IMG/VR virus record: IMGVR_UViG_3300025392_000003
Strand: one strand, 5' to 3'
DNA from: an uncultured virus (IMG/VR IMGVR_UViG_3300025392_000003)
Taxonomy: Duplodnaviria; Heunggongvirae; Uroviricota; Caudoviricetes
Length of the DNA stretch: 63,219 nucleotides
In this document: positions 1-8,434 of the stretch, piece after piece
Layout of the letters: each line of letters opens with the position of its first letter
Position numbering within the stretch: position 1 is the first letter of the stretch
Notes under the pieces: model-generated
Database searches by the model: none
What the model was told of the DNA's origin: nothing
The model's input: only the letters and a program-made list of their open reading frames with translations
Translations under genes and position numbers: made by a program

Positions 1-482
1 ATGATACGAGCGGCCGTTGCTTCACTACCGCCCCCTTCCGATTTTCCTATCTGCCAGTCAGAAAAAAACGCCATAAAAGCGCGCGCATCTTTGGTCGCCT
101 TTTTCTTCGGCTTCTTGACAGCGGGGCGTTTCATAATCTCTTTACAGAGAGCCTCAATATCGGCTCTGTCGCCCTTTTCACCACGACGCCTAATCTGTGC
201 TCGGTAGTAGCGCATCTTGGCGATTTCGCCGTTGCCTACATTGGTATCCCACGCTCTAATGTGGACCGAACCATCAACGATTTCGGTTAGGTTTGGGTCT
301 AAGCCCCAATCCTCAATCACCATATCCCAAAGTGCTTGGTCGGGTTCTGCTTCGGTTGGTGGGCTATCTATGTAGCCTTTCTCGCCATCCCAACGAATCT
401 CTCGCTCATAACCTTTTGCTACAGAAGCACGGCGAGCGGCCTCACGCCTTTCGGCTTCCTTTTCAGCAGACTCAAACGACAT
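1..482 (-). CDS. Calcineurin-like metallophosphoesterase (actinophage MRE11-like family), partial; runs off the window start
   Basis: Not in the ORF track. My translation from the ATG at 482 gives MSFESAEKE...RAFMAFFSDWQIGKSEGGG, with no stop before position 1. The SDWQIGK motif is typical of phage metallophosphoesterases. Confidence 0.65.
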   Translation of the reverse strand, partial: MSFESAEKEAERREAARRASVAKGYEREIRWDGEKGYIDSPPTEAEPDQALWDMVIEDWGLDPNLTEIVDGSVHIRAWDTNVGNGEIAKMRYYRAQIRRRGEKGDRADIEALCKEIMKRPAVKKPKKKATKDARAFMAFFSDWQIGKSEGGGSEATAARI

Positions 483-723
483 AAAGCCCCTTGAACTCTG
501 TTCCTGCTGGGCAGTGGCATTGACCCTTTAGGTGGCTACCTAGAGTCTTGTCGTTGGTGCGCTTGCCATCAGCAGTCGCAACACGAGCAATCCAACCAAC
601 GGGCTTGCGTTCCTCAAACCATTTTGCAATAGTTTCTTTATCGGATTTGTCTAGTGAATCAATAAAATCCACAAAACGACAGGTGCGCTCCGACAGACGC
701 TTCTCTGCTTCTTTGAGTGACAT
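472..723 (-). CDS. Hypothetical protein
   Basis: 83-aa ORF overlapping the start of the phosphoesterase gene; HLKGQCHC at the C-terminus. Confidence 0.6.
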   Translation of the reverse strand: MSLKEAEKRLSERTCRFVDFIDSLDKSDKETIAKWFEERKPVGWIARVATADGKRTNDKTLGSHLKGQCHCPAGTEFKGLYVV

Positions 724-758
724 AGAGAAATGGTATCACCACTTCTCGTAAAAAAGAA

Positions 759-1178
759 CTACTTTTCGCTCGTTTTTTTGGGCGCGATTTTGGTCGGAGA
801 AGTCTTCTTCTTGGCCGTAGTGGACTTCTTGGCTGGGCCAGACTTCTTCACGGGCGTAGTCTTTTCAGCAGCCTCTAGAGTCTTGCCTTGAGCCTTTTTT
901 ACTATCGGCTTAGGAGAAATAGCCTCAACGACATCGTGGACAATCTCTTCCGTCTTCTCAACTACTGCCTTAGCGATTTCAGCGGCCTCTCGCTCGGCTA
1001 GTGCCGCATAGTGGGCTACGACTCTAGGCTCTAGTTTCTCAACCCAGCCACGAGCCTCTACATAAATCTTGCCTTGCCAAGTCCAGTCGTCTGAAGAAAC
1101 GAGTTGACCGCGCTCAAGCGTGACCCCATCCAATGGAAAGCCACGAATAACTCTGTGTGTGTATCGCTTAGATGCCAT
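759..1178 (-). CDS. Hypothetical protein with a Lys-rich, histone-like C-terminus; follows the capsid gene
   Basis: 139-aa ORF ending KKSGPAKKSTTAKKKTSPTKIAPKKTSEK. Confidence 0.6.
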   Translation of the reverse strand: MASKRYTHRVIRGFPLDGVTLERGQLVSSDDWTWQGKIYVEARGWVEKLEPRVVAHYAALAEREAAEIAKAVVEKTEEIVHDVVEAISPKPIVKKAQGKTLEAAEKTTPVKKSGPAKKSTTAKKKTSPTKIAPKKTSEK

Positions 1179-1242
1179 AAAGAGATGATACCACCCTATT
1201 TGTAGCCTTGTATAGCCAGTTTGGAAAAATCACCGTAGAAAG

Positions 1243-1272
1243 CAAAAACCCCCCACCTTTCGGTGAGGGGCT
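1243..1272 (-). terminator. Intrinsic terminator after the major capsid gene
   Basis: GC-rich hairpin around accTTTCggt followed by a U-run on the minus strand, just after the MCP stop. Confidence 0.65.
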
Positions 1273-1294
1273 CTCGCTATGGAACTGCTGGAAC

Positions 1295-2296
1295 TTAGAT
1301 AATGCTGTTCCAGAAGTAGCCGAGGTCGGCAGCAACAACCTTGTTGTCGAAAGCGAGTTCGCCCTCAACACGGTCGGCCTTCAACTCTTCCATACGGAAG
1401 CGTGAAACACCAACGGTCGTTCCGAGGCCACCCGAAACACCAGTCCACATAAAGGTATAGCCAGCCGAAGGGGTCAGCAAACCGGGGTTAGGTGCGGAGT
1501 AGCACAGAAGAGCCGAGTTGCCGGTCACGAACGAGAATGAGTCGTTGGTGGGGCTGTTCGAGCCTTCTGGGCCTGCGTTTACGACTGCCTTAGCGACAAG
1601 AACACGGTCCACGCCAAACAGTTGCGCGAGCAACTCTTCGGTGACAATAGCACCGGCTTGGGTGTACTTGTAGCGGTCAATCAAGAGAGGGTGGTTCTTA
1701 AGAGTCTGGAATACCTTGTAGCCAAGAACGAAAGTGTTTGGCTCGTATCCGGTCGTCTGCAGAACTGACGCCTTAGCGTTCTCAACCTGCGCGATTGGGT
1801 CAGAGGTGTATGAAGTTGGGTTGTTCACGTAGTCGGACCAAACGGTTCCTGCAACAGCAGTAGCGGTGGTTCCGGTCACGGTCACTGACCAAACGCCGGC
1901 GGCGAAGTAGTCCGAAGCCCACTGAACTTCCTTACGGAGCAGCAAACGCTGGGTCACGAACTGAGTCGCCTCCATATCGGGGTTCAAGGGGTTGTCGGCG
2001 TTCGCACGGGTCTGGTCGCCAATGTCCTTGTGGAAAGCGTAGACGTCGGCCGAGTAGGTGTCCGTCTGCAGACCGTAGCCAGAACCAGCCGAGGCGGTTC
2101 CGTCAGCGCGGCGCTGTGCTTCGTCACGGAACCAGTCTTCCTTGGTGTACTTGAAGTACAAGTCAGACTTCTTGTCCACTGGGACAACTGGGAAAACCCG
2201 GTCAGCGATGAAGTTGTTGGTGTTCTGCAAGTAAGCAACCGAGATGTTGGTCAAGATTGCGTCGATGTGAACGTTGTTTACGTTGGGCTGTGCCAT
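1295..2296 (-). CDS. Major capsid protein (HK97 fold)
   Basis: 333 aa starting HIDAILTNISVAYLQN..FIADRVFPVVPV, typical of a widespread phage capsid family. Strongly biased codon usage; follows the scaffold and decoration genes. Confidence 0.9.
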   Translation of the reverse strand: MAQPNVNNVHIDAILTNISVAYLQNTNNFIADRVFPVVPVDKKSDLYFKYTKEDWFRDEAQRRADGTASAGSGYGLQTDTYSADVYAFHKDIGDQTRANADNPLNPDMEATQFVTQRLLLRKEVQWASDYFAAGVWSVTVTGTTATAVAGTVWSDYVNNPTSYTSDPIAQVENAKASVLQTTGYEPNTFVLGYKVFQTLKNHPLLIDRYKYTQAGAIVTEELLAQLFGVDRVLVAKAVVNAGPEGSNSPTNDSFSFVTGNSALLCYSAPNPGLLTPSAGYTFMWTGVSGGLGTTVGVSRFRMEELKADRVEGELAFDNKVVAADLGYFWNSII

Positions 2297-2315
2297 TTTT
2301 GGTCAGTCCTTTCTA

Positions 2316-2813
2316 TTAAGCGGCGCGGCCGATAGCGGCGCAGTCGGTGACAATGGTGATTAAGTCGCCCTGTGCAGCGGCAGGAGTCAAAGCCGTTCCT
2401 ACGATGAAGTAGGGGTCAGCAGTGGTGTCGCTAGATGGGAAGGTGACTGGAACCACTTGGCCCAAAGTGTTGACTGACAAAGCAGCACCGGCAGAGATAG
2501 CAGCACCGGCAATAGCCTTGGTGATTCCTGCGATAGTGACTTCAGCCTCGTCAACGCCTTCAAGAGTACCAGCGGCCGAGTAGCGGGCCTTTGGTGCGTT
2601 CTGAAGAACACCGATTGGACGCTGCGTTGAAGCGGTCACAACATTCACCAAAGGTGATGCTGGGTTGCCCGCTGGGTTCGCGTTAGTTGAAACAATCACG
2701 AACGAGAACTGTGCCAAAGGCGCAGAGAAGTTCGTGTTGGCCAACTGCGTCATTCCGGTGGTGTCGGGTGAGCAAGTGATTTTGATTGCGTATGGATTCT
2801 GTTCCCAAGCCAT
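2316..2813 (-). CDS. Capsid decoration/cement protein
   Basis: PIGVLQNAP...AEVTIAGITKAIAGAAISAG...VGTALTPAAAQGDLI is typical of capsid cement proteins; lies between scaffold and MCP. Confidence 0.75.
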   Translation of the reverse strand: MAWEQNPYAIKITCSPDTTGMTQLANTNFSAPLAQFSFVIVSTNANPAGNPASPLVNVVTASTQRPIGVLQNAPKARYSAAGTLEGVDEAEVTIAGITKAIAGAAISAGAALSVNTLGQVVPVTFPSSDTTADPYFIVGTALTPAAAQGDLITIVTDCAAIGRAA

Positions 2814-3610
2814 TAGCGACCTGCCTTTTCGTTCAAGTACTGGGTGTAGAGGTCAGGGTTGGTCTGTGCAACTGACAAGAGCGCAGCCTCGAATGATGGG
2901 GCAACGCCAGAGGCAACAGCAGCCTTAGCGAGGTTTTCCATCTTTGCGAAAGCGTCGTCAGCAGCAGGAACTTCGCTGGAACCTACTTCGGTGAATACAA
3001 CATTTGACTCAAGCAGCGAGTTAGCGGAGTCCAAAGCCTTAACAACTTCGTCAGCCAATGCGCCGTCAGTCTCGGCAAGACGGCGAAGAGCCGGTCCGAG
3101 GATTGATGGGTCAGAGTTGAGGTGCGACCATTCGGCAGCCTTGATTACAGCGGCCTCATCAGCACGGGCTTCACGCTCGTTGATAAGGGCGCGCTCGTTC
3201 GCAGCAGCCTTTAGAAGAGCCTCTTCAGCAGCAGCCTTTGAGTCATCAAGCATTTTCTTGATAACGGCGGGCATCGCCTTGATAATCTCTTCCTCGCTCG
3301 CAGCCTCTGGGATTACTACAACCTCTGGGGTTGCCTTGAGCAGTTCGCTCATAGTGTCCTCCTGTGGAGTCTGGATAATTTCAGCAGAGGCGGTCGCCTC
3401 TACCGTTGCTTCCGTTGATTTCTCAACTTCGGCTGGGGTCCCCTCAACCGCTTCCATCACGGAAGGGATTTCAGGGCGCAGTTCGTCAAGAACGGCGGTC
3501 ACGTCGGATTGAGAGGCAGACTTCATTACAGCCCAACCATCGTGTAGGTGGGCCGGACGGTCAACGCCCGACGTCTCCTTGATAGCGAGTCGCACTAACT
3601 TTCGTGCCAC
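2813..3610 (-). CDS. Head scaffolding protein with an N-terminal protease-like strand (ETSGVDRPA)
   Basis: Ala/Glu-rich helical body with C-terminal NPDLYTQY; sits just upstream of the decoration and MCP genes. Confidence 0.7.
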   Translation of the reverse strand: MARKLVRLAIKETSGVDRPAHLHDGWAVMKSASQSDVTAVLDELRPEIPSVMEAVEGTPAEVEKSTEATVEATASAEIIQTPQEDTMSELLKATPEVVVIPEAASEEEIIKAMPAVIKKMLDDSKAAAEEALLKAAANERALINEREARADEAAVIKAAEWSHLNSDPSILGPALRRLAETDGALADEVVKALDSANSLLESNVVFTEVGSSEVPAADDAFAKMENLAKAAVASGVAPSFEAALLSVAQTNPDLYTQYLNEKAGR

Positions 3611-3754
3611 ATCTTCTCCTAAGAACTTTCACCTTTAGCGAATACCAAAGGTCTTGACAATGAAAAGCGTAGAGGCATTTTCCAAATCGTCAAGGGTTGA
3701 ACTCTTAGGGGCGTGTTTCTACTCGCAAACAAGTGCTGAAAAGGGGATTATTAC

Positions 3755-4588
3755 TTAGAAAGGAGAATATTCAGGAACGGCGAAGACAGGACAGATTTCC
3801 TTAAAGGAACACCATTTCTCGCACAAGTTGTTTGGAACTGGCGGGAAGAACTGTAGGTCATACCAATTCTCAATCTTGGCCCAAGCCTCACGAACTCGCT
3901 TCTCGGCGTAGGTGACATCTTCATCGGTCACTTCTACTACGAGGGTTTTTCCAAACTGGACATAGAGCAATCGGATTTCCGTAGGCCGCTCACCTAGAAC
4001 TGTCTCACAGAGGTAGGCATAGATTTTGGCTGGCAGAAGTGCTGATGCTTTGTATTTGTCGCCCGGCACTTTGCCCGTCTTGTAGTCCACGATAATTAGG
4101 TTGCCCTTGTCATCTCGGTCTAGGCGGTCGAGGATTCCCTTAAGAATCCATCCGCCCATATCCGCTTTCATCTCTATCTCTATACCCTCGTTTACCACTT
4201 GGGTTGGGTCTTCCATAGTGAAGTAGGTGCGTATGTATTTGGCTAGGTCACGACCGAACACTTGGATACCCTGTTCGTCTATTCCCATCTCTTCAGCAAA
4301 CTCTTGGGTCACGAGCCCACGAAAAATCTCTCGCATCAAGGCAAGGGCGTAGTCAAGGGTTCGCTCTTCTGGCGTTTCAGCAGTTCGATTGAACATCTCT
4401 TCGAGGATTGCGTGGAATACCGTTCCTCGGTATGTCTCCATCTTCTTGCGCTCGGGCAAGCGTTGGATAGTGGAGTATTGGTATTGGCGAGGGCAAGTCT
4501 CAATCTGATTTACTCGGCTTGGTGATACGCCGTAGGGCTTGGGGCCGAGCGAGACTGGTGTGGATTCCATAGGGTCTATCTTACTCAA
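3755..4588 (-). CDS. RecB-family / Cas4-like PD-(D/E)XK exonuclease
   Basis: SPSR..CPRQY, GTVFHAILE, GILDRLD, IVDYKTGK and C-terminal CEKWCSFKEICP cysteines. Confidence 0.85.
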   Translation of the reverse strand: MSKIDPMESTPVSLGPKPYGVSPSRVNQIETCPRQYQYSTIQRLPERKKMETYRGTVFHAILEEMFNRTAETPEERTLDYALALMREIFRGLVTQEFAEEMGIDEQGIQVFGRDLAKYIRTYFTMEDPTQVVNEGIEIEMKADMGGWILKGILDRLDRDDKGNLIIVDYKTGKVPGDKYKASALLPAKIYAYLCETVLGERPTEIRLLYVQFGKTLVVEVTDEDVTYAEKRVREAWAKIENWYDLQFFPPVPNNLCEKWCSFKEICPVFAVPEYSPF

Positions 4589-4629
4589 TAGGGTGTGACA
4601 TAACTTGGATACCCGATTGGGTGAGGGGC

Positions 4630-4896
4630 TTATTGGAGTGGCGTGAACTCGTTGTATTCCGAGACAGTTTGGAATACAGCCATAATCGCTTCAGCAACTT
4701 CCTTGCCGCCCTCTTGGTTGCGAACGAAGAGTGAGAAGTCTTGGATAGGCGTAATCATTCCGCCCGTGTTCTCCCGACGAATAATACGAAGTTCCGATAG
4801 TTTGCCCTCGTCTTCGGGTGTCCAAAGAACGAACTCGTATGGGCCGTTCTTGGCGCGGATTTGATTGAAATCTAGTTCTTCCCAGTTGAGAATCAT
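4630..4896 (-). CDS. Hypothetical protein
   Basis: 88-aa ORF with an AAGGAG RBS. Confidence 0.6.
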   Translation of the reverse strand: MILNWEELDFNQIRAKNGPYEFVLWTPEDEGKLSELRIIRRENTGGMITPIQDFSLFVRNQEGGKEVAEAIMAVFQTVSEYNEFTPLQ

Positions 4897-4920
4897 TATT
4901 ACTCCTTGTGTGCTTCTACC

Positions 4921-5325
4921 CTAGTTGATTTTGCCGGGGTATTTCAGCAAATCCTTTAACGGCGTGTCTTCGTCTGGGGCGTATTCCGCCTCGGTCGTGT
5001 GCTTACAGTCGGCACAGATGAGTTTGGCTATGCCCTTGACTATCTTTTTCACTCGCCAGTCGTGAACGCAGGTTTCTTTCTTTCCGTTATTTACGATACG
5101 GATTTTGTGGTTTACGGGGTCACGAACGATTCGCTTCTGGCGAACTAGTCGGTTGATGACTTCGTGAGTGGTAGCCGGACCGGGGATTCCTACGGCCTTG
5201 CCAATAGAACGGATTGAGGGTGGAAAGCCATACTTCTCCCAATACCAAATGATGTATTGGACTACTTTCTCATCTCTATTGTGGGATTCCTCTGGCGTGA
5301 GGTAGTTTCGTGTCTGGTAAGTCAT
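4921..5325 (-). CDS. LexA-like winged-helix DNA-binding protein with a C-terminal Zn-ribbon-like segment
   Basis: YGFPPSIRSIGKAVGI...TTHEVINRL matches the LexA DNA-binding domain; CVH...CADC follows; no peptidase domain. Confidence 0.75.
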   Translation of the reverse strand: MTYQTRNYLTPEESHNRDEKVVQYIIWYWEKYGFPPSIRSIGKAVGIPGPATTHEVINRLVRQKRIVRDPVNHKIRIVNNGKKETCVHDWRVKKIVKGIAKLICADCKHTTEAEYAPDEDTPLKDLLKYPGKIN

Positions 5326-5629
5326 CTAAAGAGGATAGCACAGTTTCCGAACGCCTGTTCGTGATTTCAGCAAACGCTTCGCCCAAGATTCCCTCTACGA
5401 GAGCCTGTGACGGAATGTTAGGGGCATAGGCCGCCAAACGCCCAACGGCTAGGTTAAACGCCATCCGATAATGGTCGCGCTCGGCTTCCATTTCAGCATA
5501 AGACTCCGCTAGCGCACGGTTGGAGATACTGGCTACTTGGAGACTCTTTGCCATAATCGAAGAGTTCTCTGCTTGCTTCTCGAGCGCATCGGCAAGTTTT
5601 TCCAAACTACGCTTATCGCCCCTAGCCAT
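5276..5629 (-). CDS. Hypothetical coiled-coil protein
   Basis: 117-aa ORF within the minus-strand operon. Confidence 0.55.
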   Translation of the reverse strand: MARGDKRSLEKLADALEKQAENSSIMAKSLQVASISNRALAESYAEMEAERDHYRMAFNLAVGRLAAYAPNIPSQALVEGILGEAFAEITNRRSETVLSSLDDLPDTKLPHARGIPQ

Positions 5630-5935
5630 TTTGGTTGTCCTTAAACTTGTTTGGAACTACTCCGTAATAAGGAATCTGCTGGTTCTCTGGCTTAAATTGG
5701 ACATAGCAAAGAGAGCAGAAAACATTGGGATTCATACTCAAGTTCAGCATCCACTTGTGTCCTGCGCATTTAGCCATTGGTTCTCTTCATCACTAGGTTT
5801 TGGAAATAAGTCTCGGCCTTTTGAGCCTGTTCTAGCGTATCAAAGTCTGGGGTGTGAATTACTAGTCTGAACGCACCATCACCATCGGCAAAGGTTTCGA
5901 TAAAGAAGCCGCTACCAGACCAGAACGCCACTTTC

Positions 5936-6343
5936 CTACTTACGCTCATTGTGAACCTTTACGATTCCCTCAATAATCCAATTCACCACAGGCACGGCTA
6001 CGGCATTTCCCATTTCCTTGTATCGGTTGGTGGTGGAGTTGATTTCTGTCCAGCCACGAGGAAAACCTTGTAGGGCTTCGCACTCTTCTGGTGTCAAACG
6101 GCGAACCGATAGTTCACTAGCGATTACTGGCGTGTGACCGCCACCGCCACCTGAAGCGGCAGTAAGAGTTGGTGAAACGCCCTCTCCTACGGCTGCGTGT
6201 GGGTGTTGGCCGCCGAGAATTGGAATATTTCCGCCACCGGTTCCCATAAACGCCAACAAGGTTGGTGAAACGCCCTTGTGTTCATCTACAGCGCCAGTCC
6301 TACGATTGGTCACATAAAGACTGTCGTTATCGGTTGTGGACAT
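5936..6343 (-). CDS. C5 DNA methyltransferase C-terminal module 4 (TRD + motifs IX/X)
   Basis: VSPTLLA..GTGGGN; RRLTPEECEALQGFP; RYKEMGNAVAVPVV. Confidence 0.85.
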   Translation of the reverse strand: MSTTDNDSLYVTNRRTGAVDEHKGVSPTLLAFMGTGGGNIPILGGQHPHAAVGEGVSPTLTAASGGGGGHTPVIASELSVRRLTPEECEALQGFPRGWTEINSTTNRYKEMGNAVAVPVVNWIIEGIVKVHNERK

Positions 6344-6728
6344 CTACGATTCCTTTGATGACCCAATCAACGACTGGCACGGCGACTGCGTTGCCCATTT
6401 GCTTGAATCGGTATCGGTCAATTTGGCCGTTGTCTGTCCACCCGATAGGGAAGCCTTGTAGTTGCTCGCACTCTTCGGGTAGAAGACGGCGTGGCTTTGG
6501 GTGGATAGCGAACACTTGAGCGTGGTGGCTCTGAACGCTTGGTTGATGTGCTGAAATAGTGCCAGCAACATCTACGGGTGTGGCGCTAAAGGTATTTGCT
6601 TTGGCATCTTCCCTAATCGAATAGGCAAGATACTTGAGTATGTAGGCATCTTGGGTCGTTCCTACGGCAGAATCGCCCATACCAGCCAATAGGGTCGGCA
6701 TCACTATTTCGTCTTTATTCTCACTCAT
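6327..6728 (-). CDS. C5 DNA methyltransferase C-terminal module 3 (TRD + motifs IX/X)
   Basis: RRLLPEECEQLQGFP; RFKQMGNAVAVPVV. Likely start is MSENKDE at 6728, overlapping the previous stop. Confidence 0.85.
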   Translation of the reverse strand: MSENKDEIVMPTLLAGMGDSAVGTTQDAYILKYLAYSIREDAKANTFSATPVDVAGTISAHQPSVQSHHAQVFAIHPKPRRLLPEECEQLQGFPIGWTDNGQIDRYRFKQMGNAVAVPVVDWVIKGIVDVHNR

Positions 6729-7065
6729 CTTTGTTGTGAACTTCAATAATTCCGCCAATCAACCACTCCACTAGTGGAACGGCAATAGCGTTTCCTATTT
6801 GTTTGTATCTTGAAGTGCTAGGGTTTGTCGCTATTTCTGTCCAATTATCAGGAAAGCCCTGTAAGCGTTCGCTCTCTAACGGTGTGAGGCGACGGACAGC
6901 ACCCCCTTTGTGGAGAATAATCACCCCGCCTTGATTACAAGTTGGGTTGAGACAGGCCGTATCTAGCGTTTTTGAGAGATTGATAAGTCGGCATCCCGAT
7001 ACAGGATTCCGACTCTTCATTGAGTTCGATGATTGCGAGTCAATCGAGAACGCTTGGGTGGTCAT
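6721..7065 (-). CDS. C5 DNA methyltransferase C-terminal module 2 (TRD + motifs IX/X)
   Basis: SKTLDT..NPTCNQGG; RRLTPLESERLQGFP; RYKQIGNAIAVPLV. Confidence 0.85.
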   Translation of the reverse strand: MTTQAFSIDSQSSNSMKSRNPVSGCRLINLSKTLDTACLNPTCNQGGVIILHKGGAVRRLTPLESERLQGFPDNWTEIATNPSTSRYKQIGNAIAVPLVEWLIGGIIEVHNKDE

Positions 7066-8105
7066 CCGTGAACCTCAACGATTCCGGCGATTACCCACTC
7101 AACAACAGGAACAGCAACGGCATTACCCATCTGCTTGTAGCGATGGACATTGGCTTGTTCCTTGCTATCAGCACGGAGAAGCGTGTGGTCGTCTGGGAAT
7201 CCCTGTAGGCGCTCGCACTCGATAGGAGTGAGGCGGCGAACTACCGAGCGAGTTCTGATTGTGGGGTATCCCTGACCGGGCTTTCCGCCACCGAGCGTTA
7301 GGGCGTTAAATACCGTTTGCTCACGAACCTCTGAACGCTGGTTCTCATAGACCGAGAATGATTCCTCGCCCTCTGCGAATACACCCGGCACTCGGCCTGT
7401 GGTGATTGTTGTTGAGGGGTCGCCGTTGTCGCCAATACCCATACCTTGTTCTCCGTCTGGTGGTCGTGTTGCGTTTCTGATGTCAATAGGAATAGTCGTA
7501 AGTATGTTGTGTCGGTTGTTGTCCACAGTTCTTGTCACCGTTTCTGTTCCGTAAACTCTGTAGGGCTGGGGCATTTCGGGCCAAGGGGTTAGGCAACCTG
7601 TCTCTGAATTGTTTTCAGCAGTTGGCGTTTCTTGCCCCGCTTGCGTGAGGATTAGGTGGCGATTGTTATCGACTGTCCTAGTCACGGTATCGGTGCGATA
7701 AACCATATTTGGCTGACCCATCTCTGGCCAAGGGGTTAGATTCCCCGTAGGGGTTGTTGGTAGTTCTTCTTCGTAAAAGAGTGCCAACTGATTGTCTCCC
7801 ATATGGGCTCGTAGGGTTGGGGCTATTTCAGCAGGGTCGTGACCCTCAATACGGCTCATAGCACCCGGCTCAAATACGACAGGCTGGATAACGCCAGTGG
7901 ATTGTGGAGTTCCGGCCCGAAGTGTGTGGTGAGTATCGCTAATCGAGAAGTTGTATTCATCAAAGGCAACGGCTACCGAAGCACCGCCAACGGCTGTGAG
8001 TGTGTAAGCAGGGTCGCCCTCTTCACCAACTCCAAATCCGTTTTGCTTCTGATTCATACCCCGACCGTCTTGGATTGGGATAACGATTGGGTCGTTCTCG
8101 CTCAT
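7062..8105 (-). CDS. C5 DNA methyltransferase C-terminal module 1 (several TRD-like repeats + motifs IX/X)
   Basis: Repeated (P/Y)TL(T/R)A units; RRLTPIECERLQGFP; RYKQMGNAVAVPVV. Confidence 0.85.
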   Translation of the reverse strand: MSENDPIVIPIQDGRGMNQKQNGFGVGEEGDPAYTLTAVGGASVAVAFDEYNFSISDTHHTLRAGTPQSTGVIQPVVFEPGAMSRIEGHDPAEIAPTLRAHMGDNQLALFYEEELPTTPTGNLTPWPEMGQPNMVYRTDTVTRTVDNNRHLILTQAGQETPTAENNSETGCLTPWPEMPQPYRVYGTETVTRTVDNNRHNILTTIPIDIRNATRPPDGEQGMGIGDNGDPSTTITTGRVPGVFAEGEESFSVYENQRSEVREQTVFNALTLGGGKPGQGYPTIRTRSVVRRLTPIECERLQGFPDDHTLLRADSKEQANVHRYKQMGNAVAVPVVEWVIAGIVEVHG

Positions 8106-8434
8106 AGTTCCTCAAAAGCACCGAATACTGGCTCTTGCGTATCAACGGAAACCATAGGAACGCCTAGCCCGATGTAGTCGTTGCCACTTGCCGTGAGGGT
8201 AGGGGCAATCTTTTCACCATACATAGAGTTGACTCGGCGCTCTACAACTACCTTGTCGCTTCTCTTGCTATCGGTCGCCACGAGGGTAGCCATCTGGGGC
8301 GTTTCAGCATAACCGTTAAAGTTGCTACCGGAAAAGCCGATTTGCTCAACAAGAATGTGGTCTTCTTGCGAAGATGAGGCGCGTAGTGTGCCTACACCTG
8401 TTGAGTATTCAGCAAATCCTGACTTGTAAAAGGG
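8102..8434 (-). CDS. TRD-like segment of the methyltransferase; open in the -1 frame upstream of the annotated ATG at 8293
   Basis: The frame reads PFYKSGFAEYSTGVGTLRASS...MATLVATDSK...IAPTLTASG with no stop from about 8446 to 8102; TL(R/T)A repeats match the neighbouring modules. Confidence 0.55.
   Translation of the reverse strand, partial: PFYKSGFAEYSTGVGTLRASSSQEDHILVEQIGFSGSNFNGYAETPQMATLVATDSKRSDKVVVERRVNSMYGEKIAPTLTASGNDYIGLGVPMVSVDTQEPVFGAFEEL

Noticed and set aside
2859..3512. Long plus-strand ORFs antisense to structural genes (also 2030, 16654, 25967 and similar)
   Set aside because: These are shadow frames caused by the codon bias of the real minus-strand genes; no recognisable motifs.
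3755..4588. Cas4-like nuclease as a sign of a CRISPR-Cas system
   Set aside because: No repeat-spacer array or other cas genes are visible; stand-alone RecB/Cas4-like nucleases are common in phages.
5936..8105. Diversity-generating retroelement or invertase shufflon driving the MTase or cargo repeats
   Set aside because: No reverse transcriptase or recombinase is in the window, the repeats are all in the same orientation, and they are diverged at the DNA level rather than near-identical TR/VR pairs.
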